Part shown: one piece after another, positions 12,957 through 27,700 of the stretch
Layout of the letters: the number at the start of each line of letters is the position of its first letter
Position numbering within the stretch: position 1 is the first letter of the stretch
DNA from: Eledone cirrhosa
Taxonomy: Eukaryota
Assembly (NCBI GenBank): GCA_964016885.1
Contig: OZ024760.1
Span: forward strand, 434,001-498,000
DNA length: 64,000 nt
Reading direction: 5' to 3'
Notes under the pieces: model-generated
The model's database searches: none
What the model saw: the letters and a program-made list of their open reading frames with translations, nothing else
Told to the model about the DNA's origin: nothing
Program-made: the position numbers and the translations under genes

Positions 12957-15056
12957 ACTGGTAGTGCATCACTGTAGTGCATCACTGTAGTGCATAACTG
13001 TAGTGCATCACTGTAGTGCCTCACTGTAGTGCATCACTGCAGTGCATAACTGTAGTGCATAACTGTAGTGCATCACTGTAGTGCCTCACTGTAGTGCATC
13101 ACTGTAGTGCATCACTGTAGTGCATCACTATAGTGCATCACTGTAGTGCCGCACTGTAGTGCATCACTGTAGTGCCTCACTGTAGTGCATCACTATAGTG
13201 CATCACTGTAGTGCATCACTGTAGTGCATCACTGTAGTGCATAACTGTAGTGCATCACTGTAGTGCCTCACTGTAGTGCATCACTGTAGTGCATAACTGT
13301 AGTGCATAACTGTAGTGCATCACTGTAGTGCCTCACTGTAGTGCATCACTGTAGTGCATCACTGTAGTGCATCACTATAGTGCATCACTGTAGTGCCGCA
13401 CTGTAGTGCATCACTGTAGTGCCTCACTGTAGTGCATCACTATAGTGCATCACTGTAGTGCATCACTGTAGTGCATCACTGTAGTGCCTCACTGTAGTGC
13501 ATCACTGTAGTGCATCACTGTAGTGCATCACTATAGTGCATCACTGTAGTGCCGCACTGTAGTGCATCACTGTAGTGCCTCACTGTAGTGCATCACTGTA
13601 GTGCCTCACTGTAGTGCATCACTGTAGTGCATAACTGTAGTGCATCACTGTACTGCCTCACTGTAGTGCATCACTGTAGTGCATCACTGTAGTGCATCAC
13701 TATAGTGCATCACTGTAGTGCCGCACTGTAGTGCATCACTGTAGTGCCTCACTGTAGTGCATCACTATAGTGCATCACTGTAGTGCATCACTGTAGTGCC
13801 TCACTGTAGTGCATCACTATAGTGCATCACTGTAGTGCCTCACTGTAGTGCATCACTGTAGTGCATAACTGTAGTGCATCACTGTACTGCCTCACTGTAG
13901 TGCATCACTGTAGTGCATCACTGTAGTGCATCACTATAGTGCATCACTGTAGTGCCTCACTGTAGTGCCTCACTGTAGTGCATCACTGTAGTGCATCACT
14001 GTAGTGCATCACTGTAGTGCATCACTGTAGTGCCTCACTGTAGTGCCTCACTGTAGTGCATCACTGTAGTGCCACACTGTAGTGTCTCACTGTAGTGTCT
14101 CACTGTAGTGCATCACTGTAGTGCATCACTGTAGTGCCTCAATGTAGTTCATCACTGTAGTGCATCACTGTAGTGCATCACTATAGTGCATCACTGTAGT
14201 GCATCACTGTAGTGCATCACTGTAGTGCCTCACTGTAGTGCATCACTGTAGTGCCTCACTGTAGTGCATCACTGTAGTGCCTCACTGTAGTGCATCACTG
14301 TAGTGCATCACTGTAGTGCCTCACTGTAGTGCCTCACTGTAGTGCATCACTGTAGTGCATCACTGTAGTGCATCACTGTAGTGCCACGCTGTAGTGCATC
14401 ACTGTAGTGCATCACTGTAGTGCCACACTGTAGTGCCTCAATGTAGTTCATCACTGTAGTGCATCACTGTAGTGCATCACTGTAGTGCATCACTGTAGTG
14501 CATCACTGTAGTGCATCACTGTAGTGCATCAATGTAGTGCATCACTGTAGTGCATCACTGTAGTGTCTCACTGTAGTGTCTCACTGTAGTGCATCACTAT
14601 AGTGCATCACTGTAGTGCATCAATGTAGTGCATCACTGTAGTGCATCACTGTAGTGTCTCACTGTAGTGCATCACTATAGTGCATCACTGTAGTGCATCA
14701 CTGTAGTGCATCACTGTAGTGCATCAATGTAGTGCATCACTGTAGTGCCTCACTGTAGTGCATCACTATAGTGCATCACTGTAGTGCATCACTGTAGTGC
14801 ATCACTATAGTGCATCACTGTAGTGCATCACTGTAGTGCATCACTGTAGTGCATCACTGTAGTACATCACTGTAGTGCCTCACTGTAGTGCATCACTGTA
14901 GTGTCTCACTGTAGTGCATCACTGTAGTGCATCACTGTAGTGCATCAATGTAGTGCATCACTATAGTGCATCACTGTAGTGCATCACTGTAGTGTCTCAC
15001 TGTAGTGCATCACTGTAGTGCATCAATGTAGTGCCTCACTATAGTGCATCACTGTA
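12957..15056. repeat. 13-bp minisatellite (ACTGTAGTGCATC)n, ~160 copies
   Basis: Uninterrupted 13-bp period over 2.1 kb with recurring variant units. Confidence 0.98.
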
Positions 15057-15072
15057 ACACTGCCATGCCAGA

Positions 15073-15870
15073 TAATAATAATGGTTTCTACTTTTAGCAC
15101 AAGGCCAGCAATTACCCCAACGTATTACTGGTACTTTATTTTATCGACCCCGTTTTGATGAAAGGCAAAGCTAACGTTGTCGGGATTTGAACAAGATCAT
15201 AAAGGGCCGTAACTCTGTGCTGCAAAGCATGGCGTCCGACCCTCTACCGATACTGCCAATCCACCGCAATCCATGCCATATAATAATAATAATTTTTAAA
15301 ATGTGTGAATGTGAACGTCCAAATCAGAGAAAATAACTGCAATCACTGTCGATCTCAATTGATACTAGTTGAGAAAATTGGATAGATTACCTTTAGAGGC
15401 GGAAACAAGTGGACAGAGATACTTTCTCTGTGACTAACGGTTATTTACCCAATTTTATCAAATTTTATCTGTAGTGGTTGACCATTGTTGCAGTCGTTTT
15501 CTGTTTGGGACGCTCCCATTTGCAATAATAATTGTTTCTACTTTAGGCACAAGGCCAGCAATTAACCAGTACATTACTGGTACTTTATTTTATCGGCCCC
15601 GTAAGGATGAAAGGCAAAGTTAACCTTAGCGGGATTTGAACTCAGAATGGCAAGCGCCGTAACTCTATGCGTCAAAGCATGGCGTCCGACCCTCTACCGA
15701 TACTGCCAATCTACCATTCAATAATAATTGTTTCTAGTATAGGCTCAAGGCCACCAATTTTGGGGGAGAGGAAAGTCAATTAAATTGACACCAGTTAGTT
15801 ACTGGTATTTTATCGATCCGATAAGGATAAAAAGCAAAGCTAGCCCTGGCGAGATTTGAACTCGACCTCG
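15073..15870 (-). mobile_element. Three Nin-domain SINE copies (15073-15270, 15525-15715, 15720-15870)
   Basis: Same Nin core, B box and head as the other copies. Confidence 0.85.
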
Positions 15871-15929
15871 CAGTTATAATAATAACTGTAGTAGTAGTAG
15901 TAATATTAGAAGTAATGGTAGTAATAGTG

Positions 15930-15977
<48 letters not shown>

Positions 15978-16451
15978 GCAGTAGTAGTAGTAGTAGTAGT
16001 AGTAAAATAAATAGAACAGCTACAACAAACTGTATTTTGGGGGTTTTGTTTTGTTTAAAAAAAAAAACTGTTGCATTTAATACGCTGTTGGGTGTGTTGG
16101 AGGGGTTGGGGCGATTGGGACGGAAAGAACAAGCGGGGGAGGGTTAGCAGGAGGGTGGGGGTGGAGTTGGGAATGGACAGGCAGACGACACGTCTGCTGA
16201 AATAGCCGTGGGTGTGTATAGTGTTTTGGGATATCAGAAGTTGAAGGGAAATGTTTCCTGTAAAGTGCTTATTTATTCTAAGTTTCATTTTAGAGGAGTT
16301 TGTAAGATGTGTGTGTGTGTGTATATATACATGCTTACATATATACATAAGTGTACGCACACACACATATATACATCTGTATGTATGTATATATATATAT
16401 ATATACACACACATATATATGCACAGATACACATTTATGCACGTATATATG

Positions 16452-16500
<49 letters not shown>

Positions 16501-16581
16501 GTACACACACACAGACACACACAGGGAAACAGATAGGAAAAATTGAAACAAGGTATCAAATATATACATTAACACGATCAT

Positions 16582-16651
<70 letters not shown>

Positions 16652-16918
16652 GTATACACACCTACTTTTAAATATGTTAATGGCTGTTCTTTGAAACAAG
16701 TAACCGCAACTTAAATAAACAACTCCTAATACTATATAAGAACGAAGCATGGTGTTGTATAATATATTTATTACAGTTGGAAATATTTCATGTTCTCACA
16801 CTGACTCAAGGTTTCCTTTCGGGGCCTGACCACAATGTTCACCGTGGTAAAGGTTAAATTGAATAAAACTGCCCTTGTAAATGTCATATATATATATATA
16901 TATATTTATATATAGATG

Positions 16919-16969
16919 AGATTCTACAGGACTAGAACTGTTTCATTCATTAGAAATCATCAGGAATCT
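16919..16969 (-). ncRNA. Type I hammerhead ribozyme motif, family C
   Basis: Reverse complement: AGATTC-CTGATGA-TTTC-TAAT-GAAT-GAA-ACAG-TTCTAGTC-CTGT-A^GAATCT. An inverted partial arm follows; the element (16911-17085) is in (TA)n. Confidence 0.8.
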
Positions 16970-17128
16970 AATGAATGAAACAGTTCTAGTCCTGTAGAAT
17001 CTCATCTATATTAAAACTGTTATACTCTGCTATGTATTGAGTACCTTACTTACTGTGGTTACCTCCGATTCAACCCGGAATAACGTATATATATATATTT
17101 ATATATATTTATATATATACAGTATATG

Positions 17129-17165
<37 letters not shown>

Positions 17166-17291
17166 ATGTAGAAGTTCTATTTAAATTGTTGGGATACAAT
17201 ATTTTTATAACTGATATAAAGCACTCAACAAATTATTGGAGTAAAAATACGATATATTAACAAATGTAAACTATATTTATAAAACCATATT

Positions 17292-17356
17292 TATTTCATT
17301 ATACATATTTCAAGGACACCAAGTCAAATTATGGTGCGCTTTCATCAGATAAAATA
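17292..17356 (-). ncRNA. Type I hammerhead motif, family E (inverted arm)
   Basis: Near-perfect reverse complement of 17466-17530. Confidence 0.8.
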
Positions 17357-17465
17357 TAATATAGATCAGTTTTATAAATAAATATTGACATACCCTTAAA
17401 CAATGCGACCATTTCGCATTTTTTAAGGGTATGTCAATATTTATTTATAAAACTGATCTATATTA

Positions 17466-17530
17466 TATTTTATCTGATGAAAGCGCACCATAATTTGACT
17501 TGGTGTCTTTGAAATATGTATAATGAAATA
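17466..17530 (+). ncRNA. Type I hammerhead motif, family E
   Basis: TATTTTAT-CTGATGA-AAG.GCACCA..TGGTGT.CTTT-GAA-ATATGTAT-A^ATGAAATA: 8-bp stem I and self-complementary AUAUGUAU stem III (G-U allowed). Confidence 0.8.
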
Positions 17531-17619
17531 AATATGGTTTTATATATATATATATGTTAATATATATATATAAATATATATATATATGTTTATATATATC
17601 TATTTATGTATATATATAT

Positions 17620-17668
<49 letters not shown>

Positions 17669-17704
17669 AATATATATATGTATATATATGTTTATATATA
17701 TATG

Positions 17705-17785
<81 letters not shown>

Positions 17786-18984
17786 CAATCGATTTTTAAT
17801 TGAATGTTAATAAATGCTCGGATTTATCCCTTAGAATCTTTGAACTTATTCTACAGAGGGTATGCGCATGTTTCTCAGACATGACATCCTTAATTTAATT
17901 TTGGTTATATATATATGGTAATAATAATTCTGAGTATCAGAAGATCCCGTAATAGGTGAAAGGAACGATTCTTTGCTTAAACTGTAAATTGAACTGGCAA
18001 TCGCTCTGTTTAATCAGCTGCTGATTATTACTGGAATTCTATAAGAATCCAGCCTCTATAATTCTCGGCAAAGGCAACTGAATGTGTGGTCTTGATAAAC
18101 GCTAACAAGCGATAAACAGACTGCCTGTCGGCCGCTCTCTGCTCTTTTTGCCGAGGATAAGTAAGTGACCTTTAAAACTCATAGCGAATGGTCTTCTAAA
18201 TGTTTTAAATTAAACATACAGTGTATAACCAAATATACTATACATACATTCATATATATATATATATTCAAATTAAAAGGAAGAATTAGAAATAGGACTA
18301 TCCATCACCAGTGATCTACTAGCCATCATAGGTATTTTTTCGCATTAAAGACCAGGTACCTCAGGCTAGCGCGAACAATAACTAAAATAAGTTATTGGGA
18401 TAAAAAGAATTGGGTGGAGAAAGAGTTTACTTGGTGAGGAGGGTGATTTTAGACACCCTGCTGGATAAAAACAAAACCTGACAAAGGGTGGAAGAACTCA
18501 TAAGAGTCAACAGCCATCTAAAAAAAAATCCTGCCAAATCAATAGGTGGCAGTAGTTCCAGCTGCACACATCAAAAGACTGGTGTAGTGGTTCTGAGGAC
18601 AATGCGGCTTTGCAGACGATCAATGCAAATTGACAATGGAAAGGCACTCCCGCTCGAATAGAAGAGAACTACTGACCTTCAGGAGAAGCAGTGACCCCCT
18701 GATTGTATTCAGCAACCGAAACAAATATGAAGTACACCAAATCCAATGCTCCTAGGGGCGGCTCTGGTTCTTCTTATTTGCGAGTGAAAACTCGGCCAGA
18801 TTAAATTAGATTAGAATATAATACTTGAATTACGCGAATTTGCTTTATGCGCTGCGTTCACGAACGCATCTTAGTGTAAAAAGCGAACAGAGTCTATATA
18901 TGGGAAACAGTTGATGATCTTGTCGATGAACCCAAGTAGTTTACTTGTAATTTATTTCATAGATATCCCCTTCTTTTACCAAGG

Positions 18985-19290
18985 ATGAAAGCCACAATGA
19001 ATGAGAGACCTTCCTCCCCTTCCACAAAGAATGAAAGACCCTGTCACCAAGAGTGAAACCCCTCCCACTGCTGCTAAGGATAAAAGCCTTTCCTTCCGGT
19101 CACAAAGATTGAAAGTCCTTCCTCCCCTTCCACAAAGAATGAAAGACCCTCCTCCCTGTCATCATGAGTGAAACCCCTCCCACTGCTGCCAAGGAAGAAA
19201 GCCTTTCCTCCCTGCCAGCCAGAATGAAAGATCTTCCTCCCTCCCACGAAGAATGAAACCCCTCCCACTGCTACGAAGGATAAAAGCCAG
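18985..19290. repeat. ~120-bp tandem repeat with GAATGAAAGACC subunits
   Basis: About 2.5 copies visible; part of the unit recurs inverted at ~22470-22545. Confidence 0.75.
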
Positions 19291-19773
19291 AGTTTACCTC
19301 GGCGAAGTAAAAATAAAATGCTATCGAGTGTTACAGAAGATATCGTAAATTATTTTTAACGTCTGCCCAAAGTTCGGAATGCTACAAGTTATAGAAAACA
19401 AAACCCTACTGAAACTCCCATGAAATCATTCAACTGTAGCTTGGTGCTCTCTTTTGTATTATTTTTTTTATATTTCGGTCTCATCTGCCCTTCTTCATTC
19501 ATCTTTAATATTCTAGACTGACTTTACACTTCATTGATCAACATTTAGTATTTAAACATCGTGTAACATTCCCCGACAGTTAACAACAGCTAACAACTGG
19601 GCTTGTTATTGTTGTTGGCATTGTTGTGGTTGTTGTTGATGTTGGCATTGTGTTGTGGTTGTTGTTGTCTTGTTGTTTCTCTTTTTTCGTTTTACACAAA
19701 CACTTTCACCGAACCATTTAATGATTTGAACGTATTGTAAAAGAATACCTTTTTCAGTCAGCCAAATGTTTGC

Positions 19774-21395
<1,622 letters not shown>

Positions 21396-21442
21396 AGAGA
21401 GAGAAAGCGAGTGACACAAAGAGACATAGGTAGAGAGATCTG

Positions 21443-21462
21443 GTTAGGGTTAGGGTTAGGGT
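21443..21462 (+). repeat. Interstitial (TTAGGG)3
   Basis: GTTAGGGTTAGGGTTAGGGTT. Confidence 0.6.
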
Positions 21463-21989
21463 TCTGGTTATAGTTATAGTAGCAATAGATGTTGTGTAGC
21501 TGCTTTATCTGTAGTTGTCACTACCTTTTATAACCATATATATATATAATATGATGTAGGGGCTTTTTTTATGCTAATCTTTTATGTTGTATTAGTCTTC
21601 TTGTTGATTTTTTCCCCTTTTAGCTGGGAAAAGAATGACTTTAAAAGCATTTCATCAAGTGATGCTGACATATTTAAGAAACTTCATTCTTCATATTTTT
21701 CGTATCTTCCAAATATTTTCGCCATGGTACATCGTTTAGTTTAGAGAAACATATTTTTTTCTATTATTTATTTATTAAAAAGTTTCCTTGTATGACTGTG
21801 TATGTTAGTGTGTGTGAGTATGTATACAGCTATGTATGTATGTATGTATGTATGTATGTATGTATGTATGTATGTATGTATGTATGTATGTATGTATGTA
21901 TGTATGTATGAATGTATGCATGCATGCATGTATGTGTATATGGGAGTAATTAGATTGATATATAGATACATACACTCACACACACAGGA

Positions 21990-22082
<93 letters not shown>

Positions 22083-22171
22083 TATATATATATATATATA
22101 TAAAATAGATAGATGCACACACACACACACATATATATATATAAGTATATAGAGAGATGTACATATATAGA

Positions 22172-22329
22172 TTGGACGCCATGCTTTCTAGCATAGTTAC
22201 GTCCCTTTATATTCTGAGTTCAAATCCCGCCGAGGTTAACTTTGCCTTTCATCCTTACGGGGTCGATAAAATAAAGTACCAGTAATGTACTGGCTGGATA
22301 ATTGCTGGCCTTGTGCCTAAAGTAGAAAC

Positions 22330-22333
<4 letters not shown>
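22172..22333 (+). mobile_element. Nin-domain SINE
   Basis: GAGTTCAAATCCC (B box), GCCTTTCATCCTTACGGGGTCGATAAA (Nin core) and 3' tail. Confidence 0.85.
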
Positions 22334-22365
<32 letters not shown>

Positions 22366-22566
22366 GATTCGGGACCCCGACGGCTGAGTTCCGGCCGTTT
22401 TAATAGCTAGATTCGAACTGGCAGTTTCGGATCTAGCTATTGAAACGGTCAGAGCTCAGCCGTCGGGGTCATTGTGGCAGGAATGAAAGGCTTTCATCCT
22501 TCTTAGCAGAGGAGGGGGGTTCACTCTTTGTTGCAGGAAATGAAAAGACTAATTATTGTCTTTCCC

Positions 22567-22617
<51 letters not shown>

Positions 22618-22836
22618 CTGATGGACACATGTGCTGAGCTCGCTCGGTAAGTTTTTGTTTAAATTCATACGGAAATTGTAAACTGTAAACTTTCATTTTT
22701 GTATCATTTTGTAGAGGGACTGCCAGGTCAAATTTTGATCTGGTCGGTCTCTCAAAATATTCTGCGCCTTTGGGCGAAATAGTATTGTGAACATTTTATC
22801 TTTCGAAAAACTTCGAAAAACCCTATTTTGAGAAAA

Positions 22837-23013
22837 ATGGCTGAATCATCTTCACCATCAATCAAAGAAGGAAAGGGGAAGTCATACTCACAGCTTCCCC
22901 CTGCCACTGTCACAGCAGCAGATGCCAAAGGCAGAGGTCAGAGAGAGGAAGAATTGTCTTCACCTGTTGACCGACCACTAGATGTAGCCACAACTACACA
23001 AGAATTTGAAAAC

Positions 23014-23044
<31 letters not shown>

Positions 23045-24690
23045 GCAACAATAAAGACAACAAAAACAACAACAACACAAACGTCACAAGTATCCACACA
23101 CGAAACGAGAAAGACAACAACAACAACAAAGATGAAAACAACTCAAACGACGAGAAACAAAACAATACTAATATCCAAAACGAAAACAAAATATCTTTTG
23201 CACAAACGGCTAAATTATCAGTCGCTTATGTGCTGGAAGATATTTCAAAAGCAAAAGAAATGCTGGAAAAAGCCAAGAAATATGTGTCTTTTGGCGAAAA
23301 CGGATCGTTTTCTATACATTCACCTCCGGAGCTAAAAAGACAGACGGAATTACGAACTGTCGTATTCCGAACAATTTTAAATAAAACAAAGAAACCAGCG
23401 CAACCATCTCAAGCGGAAACTCAGTTAGTCTTGAAAGACGCGATGAGAGACATCACTTTCATACAAAAGGATAAACTCTATGGGAGTTTATCCATATTGA
23501 TGAAAGACGAATTGGCGGCAAAAAAATACTCTGTGTCGCCAATTCGGTCCACACACTACACCTTCTTCCCTACCTACATGGGTAAAAAAACCCAGAGGAT
23601 ATGGATAACCACCATCACCCCAAACATAAACTACTGGTGGTTACTAACCGGTTTCCTCAATTTAGACGAGGACAACCTCATCTCAATAGGGAAGGCATCC
23701 GGCGACGCGTTCAGTGGAACGAGCATCGAAGTTCTGACCCAAATAAGGCCAGAACGCATCGCCCAAATCCCTGAGCGCGTCATGCTGGATGACCGTACCC
23801 ACCTCAACATTATTGTGGAGGGTAGGCGTCCCTCCTGTTACCTCTGTGGCAATAGAGGTCACCTGAGGGCTGCCTGTCCCCAGCTCACACAGAAAAAAAC
23901 ACTGCTACCAACACCAACACCACCCCAACTACAACAACAAAAACAACCACAACAACAACAAAAACCAACAACCCCACCACCACCACCACCACAACAACAA
24001 CAACAACAAACACGTGAAAAAATAACACAGAATACTGTCCCACCCAATCCCTCCCCACCCAAAACAAATACAAAAACACGCACACCGCAAACACTACCAG
24101 AAAACATACCCCTCCCACCCAACAAGGAAGACGAACCTCTTTCGTCGCAAGACGAAAAAGATCCCTTCCAACAAGTAAAAAGAAAGAAGAGGAGACGCAC
24201 CACAGACACACATGTTAACTTTAATCCCCCCCAAGAGAACACAAACTACACACAAACCACCCCTCCCTGTCACACAACACTAACTGCTACACAAAAAAAG
24301 ACATTACAATACACATACATGAACACAGACAACAAAGAATTACGGAAAACAATTTCAGCAAACCCTTCGGTCCAAACCGAAGGGCCAAACTTTATAACTG
24401 CTGTGGGACTACCTCATTTGAAAATGATAAAAGTCCCAATGCACTTGTACAAAACACTGAAAATAAATTTCACGGAGGACGTGGGCCCCCCCTGCGCCAA
24501 ACCAATCAACCGCGTCCTCCTAAAAAATTTCACCCCCCCACCTCACCCAGACACCCACTCAACGACAAACACCCCAACCCCACAACACACCGATGCCCCT
24601 TCACTTCCACAAACCACAACCCCACCCAACAACCCATCCCCAACCAGCATGGAAATTGAGCGGCCCGTTTCCCGGGACGCAGAGAGGTAA
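22837..24690 (+). CDS. ORF1 gag-like nucleic-acid-binding protein with one CCHC zinc knuckle
   Basis: First ATG at 22837; CYLCGNRGHLRAAC (CX2CX4HX4C); N- and P/Q/T-rich low-complexity tracts; basic KRKKRRR motif. Confidence 0.88.
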
Positions 24691-24714
24691 GTGCCTCTTC
24701 TCTTTACCACCAAC

Positions 24715-27700
24715 ATGGCTGTGCTAAGAGTAGGGTGTCTAAATGCGCGTGGCCTGGGCTCGTCTTGGAAGCAAGCAATGCTTCTAAATGACCTCGGGTC
24801 ACAATCTATAAATGTGATGGTTATCTGCGAGGCCCGGATCAGCAGCATGCGACAGCTAGCCCCCACCTTTGACGACTTTGAGATGCACGCATCTCTCTGT
24901 CAGCCCGGAGGTGGGGGTGGGGTTGTCGTTCTGCTGCAAAAACATATGGGCCTTGCAACACAGATAGTTCACTTGGACCCAGGGGGTCGACTGGTGGTGC
25001 TGGACCTTGGCAGTGGTGAAGGTAGAGCCTTTAGGCTGATAGCCGCATATGCCCCTTTTGGGACAGAGCGGCCCGACTTTTTCCAGCGTCTGGAGTCTTT
25101 TCTAGGGACGTCCCGTTCCCTGCTTTTAGTGGGGGATTGGAATGGTATCCTGGATGCACGTTGGGACTATGCAGGGGCATGTCCCGATAGAGAGGGGTGC
25201 AACAGCCTCAAGGGGTTACTCGGCCGATTTGACCTGGCCGATAGATTTCGACTAGATTTTCCGACGGTGCCAACCTGGTCTTGGTCAAATCGCAGCGGAT
25301 CATCTAGATCGTACCTAGATAGATTTTTAGTTAGAAATAAGGACAGGGACTTTTTAAGTTGTCCAGAAATGCTCATGGTTGGCTATTCAGACCACAAGTT
25401 GGTGACCTGCATGGTCAACCTTGATAGAACGCATAGACAGGGCCCCGGTTACTGGAAGCTCAACTTGTCCTTGCCGGCAAGTAGAGCCTACAGGAATCGG
25501 ATTAGTACGTTAGTTAAGGAACGGTTGACTGGAGCGATCGTCAACAGCAGGTGGTGGGTATCTCTAAAGAGAGAGATTAGAGTAGTCTCGATTGAATTTA
25601 GTAAGGTTCTAGCTGCGGATAGGAATAGGAAGGAAAGGGAGCTAATAGATAGAGTAGAAGAGGCAATTAGAAGCGGCGACGTGGCCAGAGTGCTAGCGTC
25701 GAGAACGGCTTTGAGCCAGTTTTTCGACGCGAAGCACGAAGGCTGCGTTGTCCGAAGTAAAATACGTGCTCTAGGGAACGAGGGGGCCAAAGCTGTTAGC
25801 TGGGCCCGCGTGACAGAGGCCAACAGTGGAACTAAATCCACCATCCGGTCTTTGCGAGACCTGGATGGACGGGCGATTCTTGAGCCTAAGCAGATGTGTG
25901 AGGCCTTTCAAAGGCACTTTGCCCGACTGTTCGGGAGGCGCGGGGAGCCGGTTGGAAACGTGGACTTCGGTCCATACCTCGACGGCCTGCCGCGCCTCTC
26001 GGACAGGGAGGCGAAGTCTTGCGAGGAGCCGATTTCGGCCGCTGAGATAGAGGACGTGCTGGGCCAATGCGGCAAACGCAAATCCCCGGGTCTCGATGGT
26101 CTTCCTTACGAATTATATCTAGCTATGCCGGACTTGTTCCCCGATCTCCTCGAGGCGGTCTACTGCAACTGGCAACAGAACGGGAGAATTCCCTGTACTG
26201 TGACCAAGGGCGTAGTCACGCTAGTGAGGAAGGACGAGAACAAGGGGGACGAAATAAGTAACTTCAGGCCCATAACTCTGCTAAATACAGAGTTACAGAT
26301 TTTGGCCAAGGTGCTAGCAAAGAGGTTGGCGCTTGTCGTGGGCAACCTGGTGGGAGATGCGCAGACATGCGCTATCCCGTCCAGGTCCATCCATGACAAC
26401 CTCCACCTCATGCGATACATCATAGAGAGGGTTGGGAACGAACCCGGCTTTGGTGGGGCTCTGATCAACTTGGATCAATCTAAGGCGTTCGATAGGGTCG
26501 ACCATGGTTACCTGGATGCGGTGCTAGCGGCGGCAGGCTTCGGACCCGTTTTCAGGGGCTGGATCACTGCTATGCACAGCAGCCGCATCTGCTCTAGGGT
26601 CAAGGTGAACGGCTACCTCTCGGAGCCGTTCAAAATCGCGCGGTCCATCCGACAAGGGTGCCCTCTCTCCTCCCTTCTGTATGTGTTGACTCTCGAGCCA
26701 CTACTGCGGAAGTTGGAGTTGTTGCAGGGCATCCCTTTGGAACCGGGATTGCGGAAAGCGGTGTCAGCCTACGCCGATGATGTGACAGTAATGGTGTCGA
26801 CGGCCTCCGAAATCGAGGCGGTCGGCACCTTACTGGAGGAGTACGAAAAGTTCACAGGGGCTAAGCTGAACCGGGACAAGTCGATCGGTTTGCAACTCGG
26901 CACGTGGAGGGGCAGACCGATGCCCTCCGATGGCGTCGTCGGACGCTGGACGGAGGGCCCGGTGAAGTTGCTCGGGGTCTGGTTCGGACCGGAGCTCCAG
27001 GTGGAGAAAAACTGGGCGGAGGTTACGAACAGGGTGTTTGCACTGACCCAGAAGTGGGCCAGTTGCAATCTATCCCTGAAAGGTCGGGCGGAGGTGGCGA
27101 ACACTTATATAGCGTCCGTCATCTACTACCGCCTGACCGTAGTGCCCTGCCCAAGGGAAACCCTCACCAAGATGGAGCGCGCGCTCTTCCAATTCCTTTG
27201 GAAGGGGCGGGCTCCTATGGTGAGGAGATCCATCTGCTGTCAACACCCTTCGAAAGGAGGGCTGGGGATGCCGTGGCTAATGATGCGTAAACACGCATTA
27301 AGGCTACGGCACCTCTACGTATTCCTCACCGGACAACCGGTGTGGGCCCCGTTTGTGAGACGAACCTTTCCCAGACTCGTCTCACTCACCGAACTGCAAT
27401 CCTGGGTCAAGCAGAGACCGAGAAAACTGGGCGCCTGGCACACTGAGTGTGCCCAGGCGCTCACCGCCCTCTGGCAGGCGGATCCGGTTATCAGTGGAGA
27501 CTCCACCGCAACATTCTATAGAGGGCTGGTACGCAGCAGGTGCGACGACGCCCTCGGAGAAGCCCTAGACATGGAGGAGGACGAACTGGCCAGCCTGTTC
27601 GGTAGGACATTCAGCCCGGGACCTATGGACAACTTCCAGAAGTCCCTGGCCTGGCAGTGCTACCGAGGGGCTTTACCCGTTCGAGAAAGGCTCTACAGAC

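Noticed and set aside
12957-15056. CRISPR-like regular array
   Set aside because: No unique spacers, a 13-bp head-to-tail unit, eukaryotic context and no cas genes.
18088-18122. GTC-TTGATAA-ACGCT..AGCG-ATAAACAGAC as a second U3-A8 hammerhead
   Set aside because: GAAA and the UH triplet are missing; single copy; cannot be supported.
21443-21462. Telomere
   Set aside because: Only three TTAGGG units, internal to the window.
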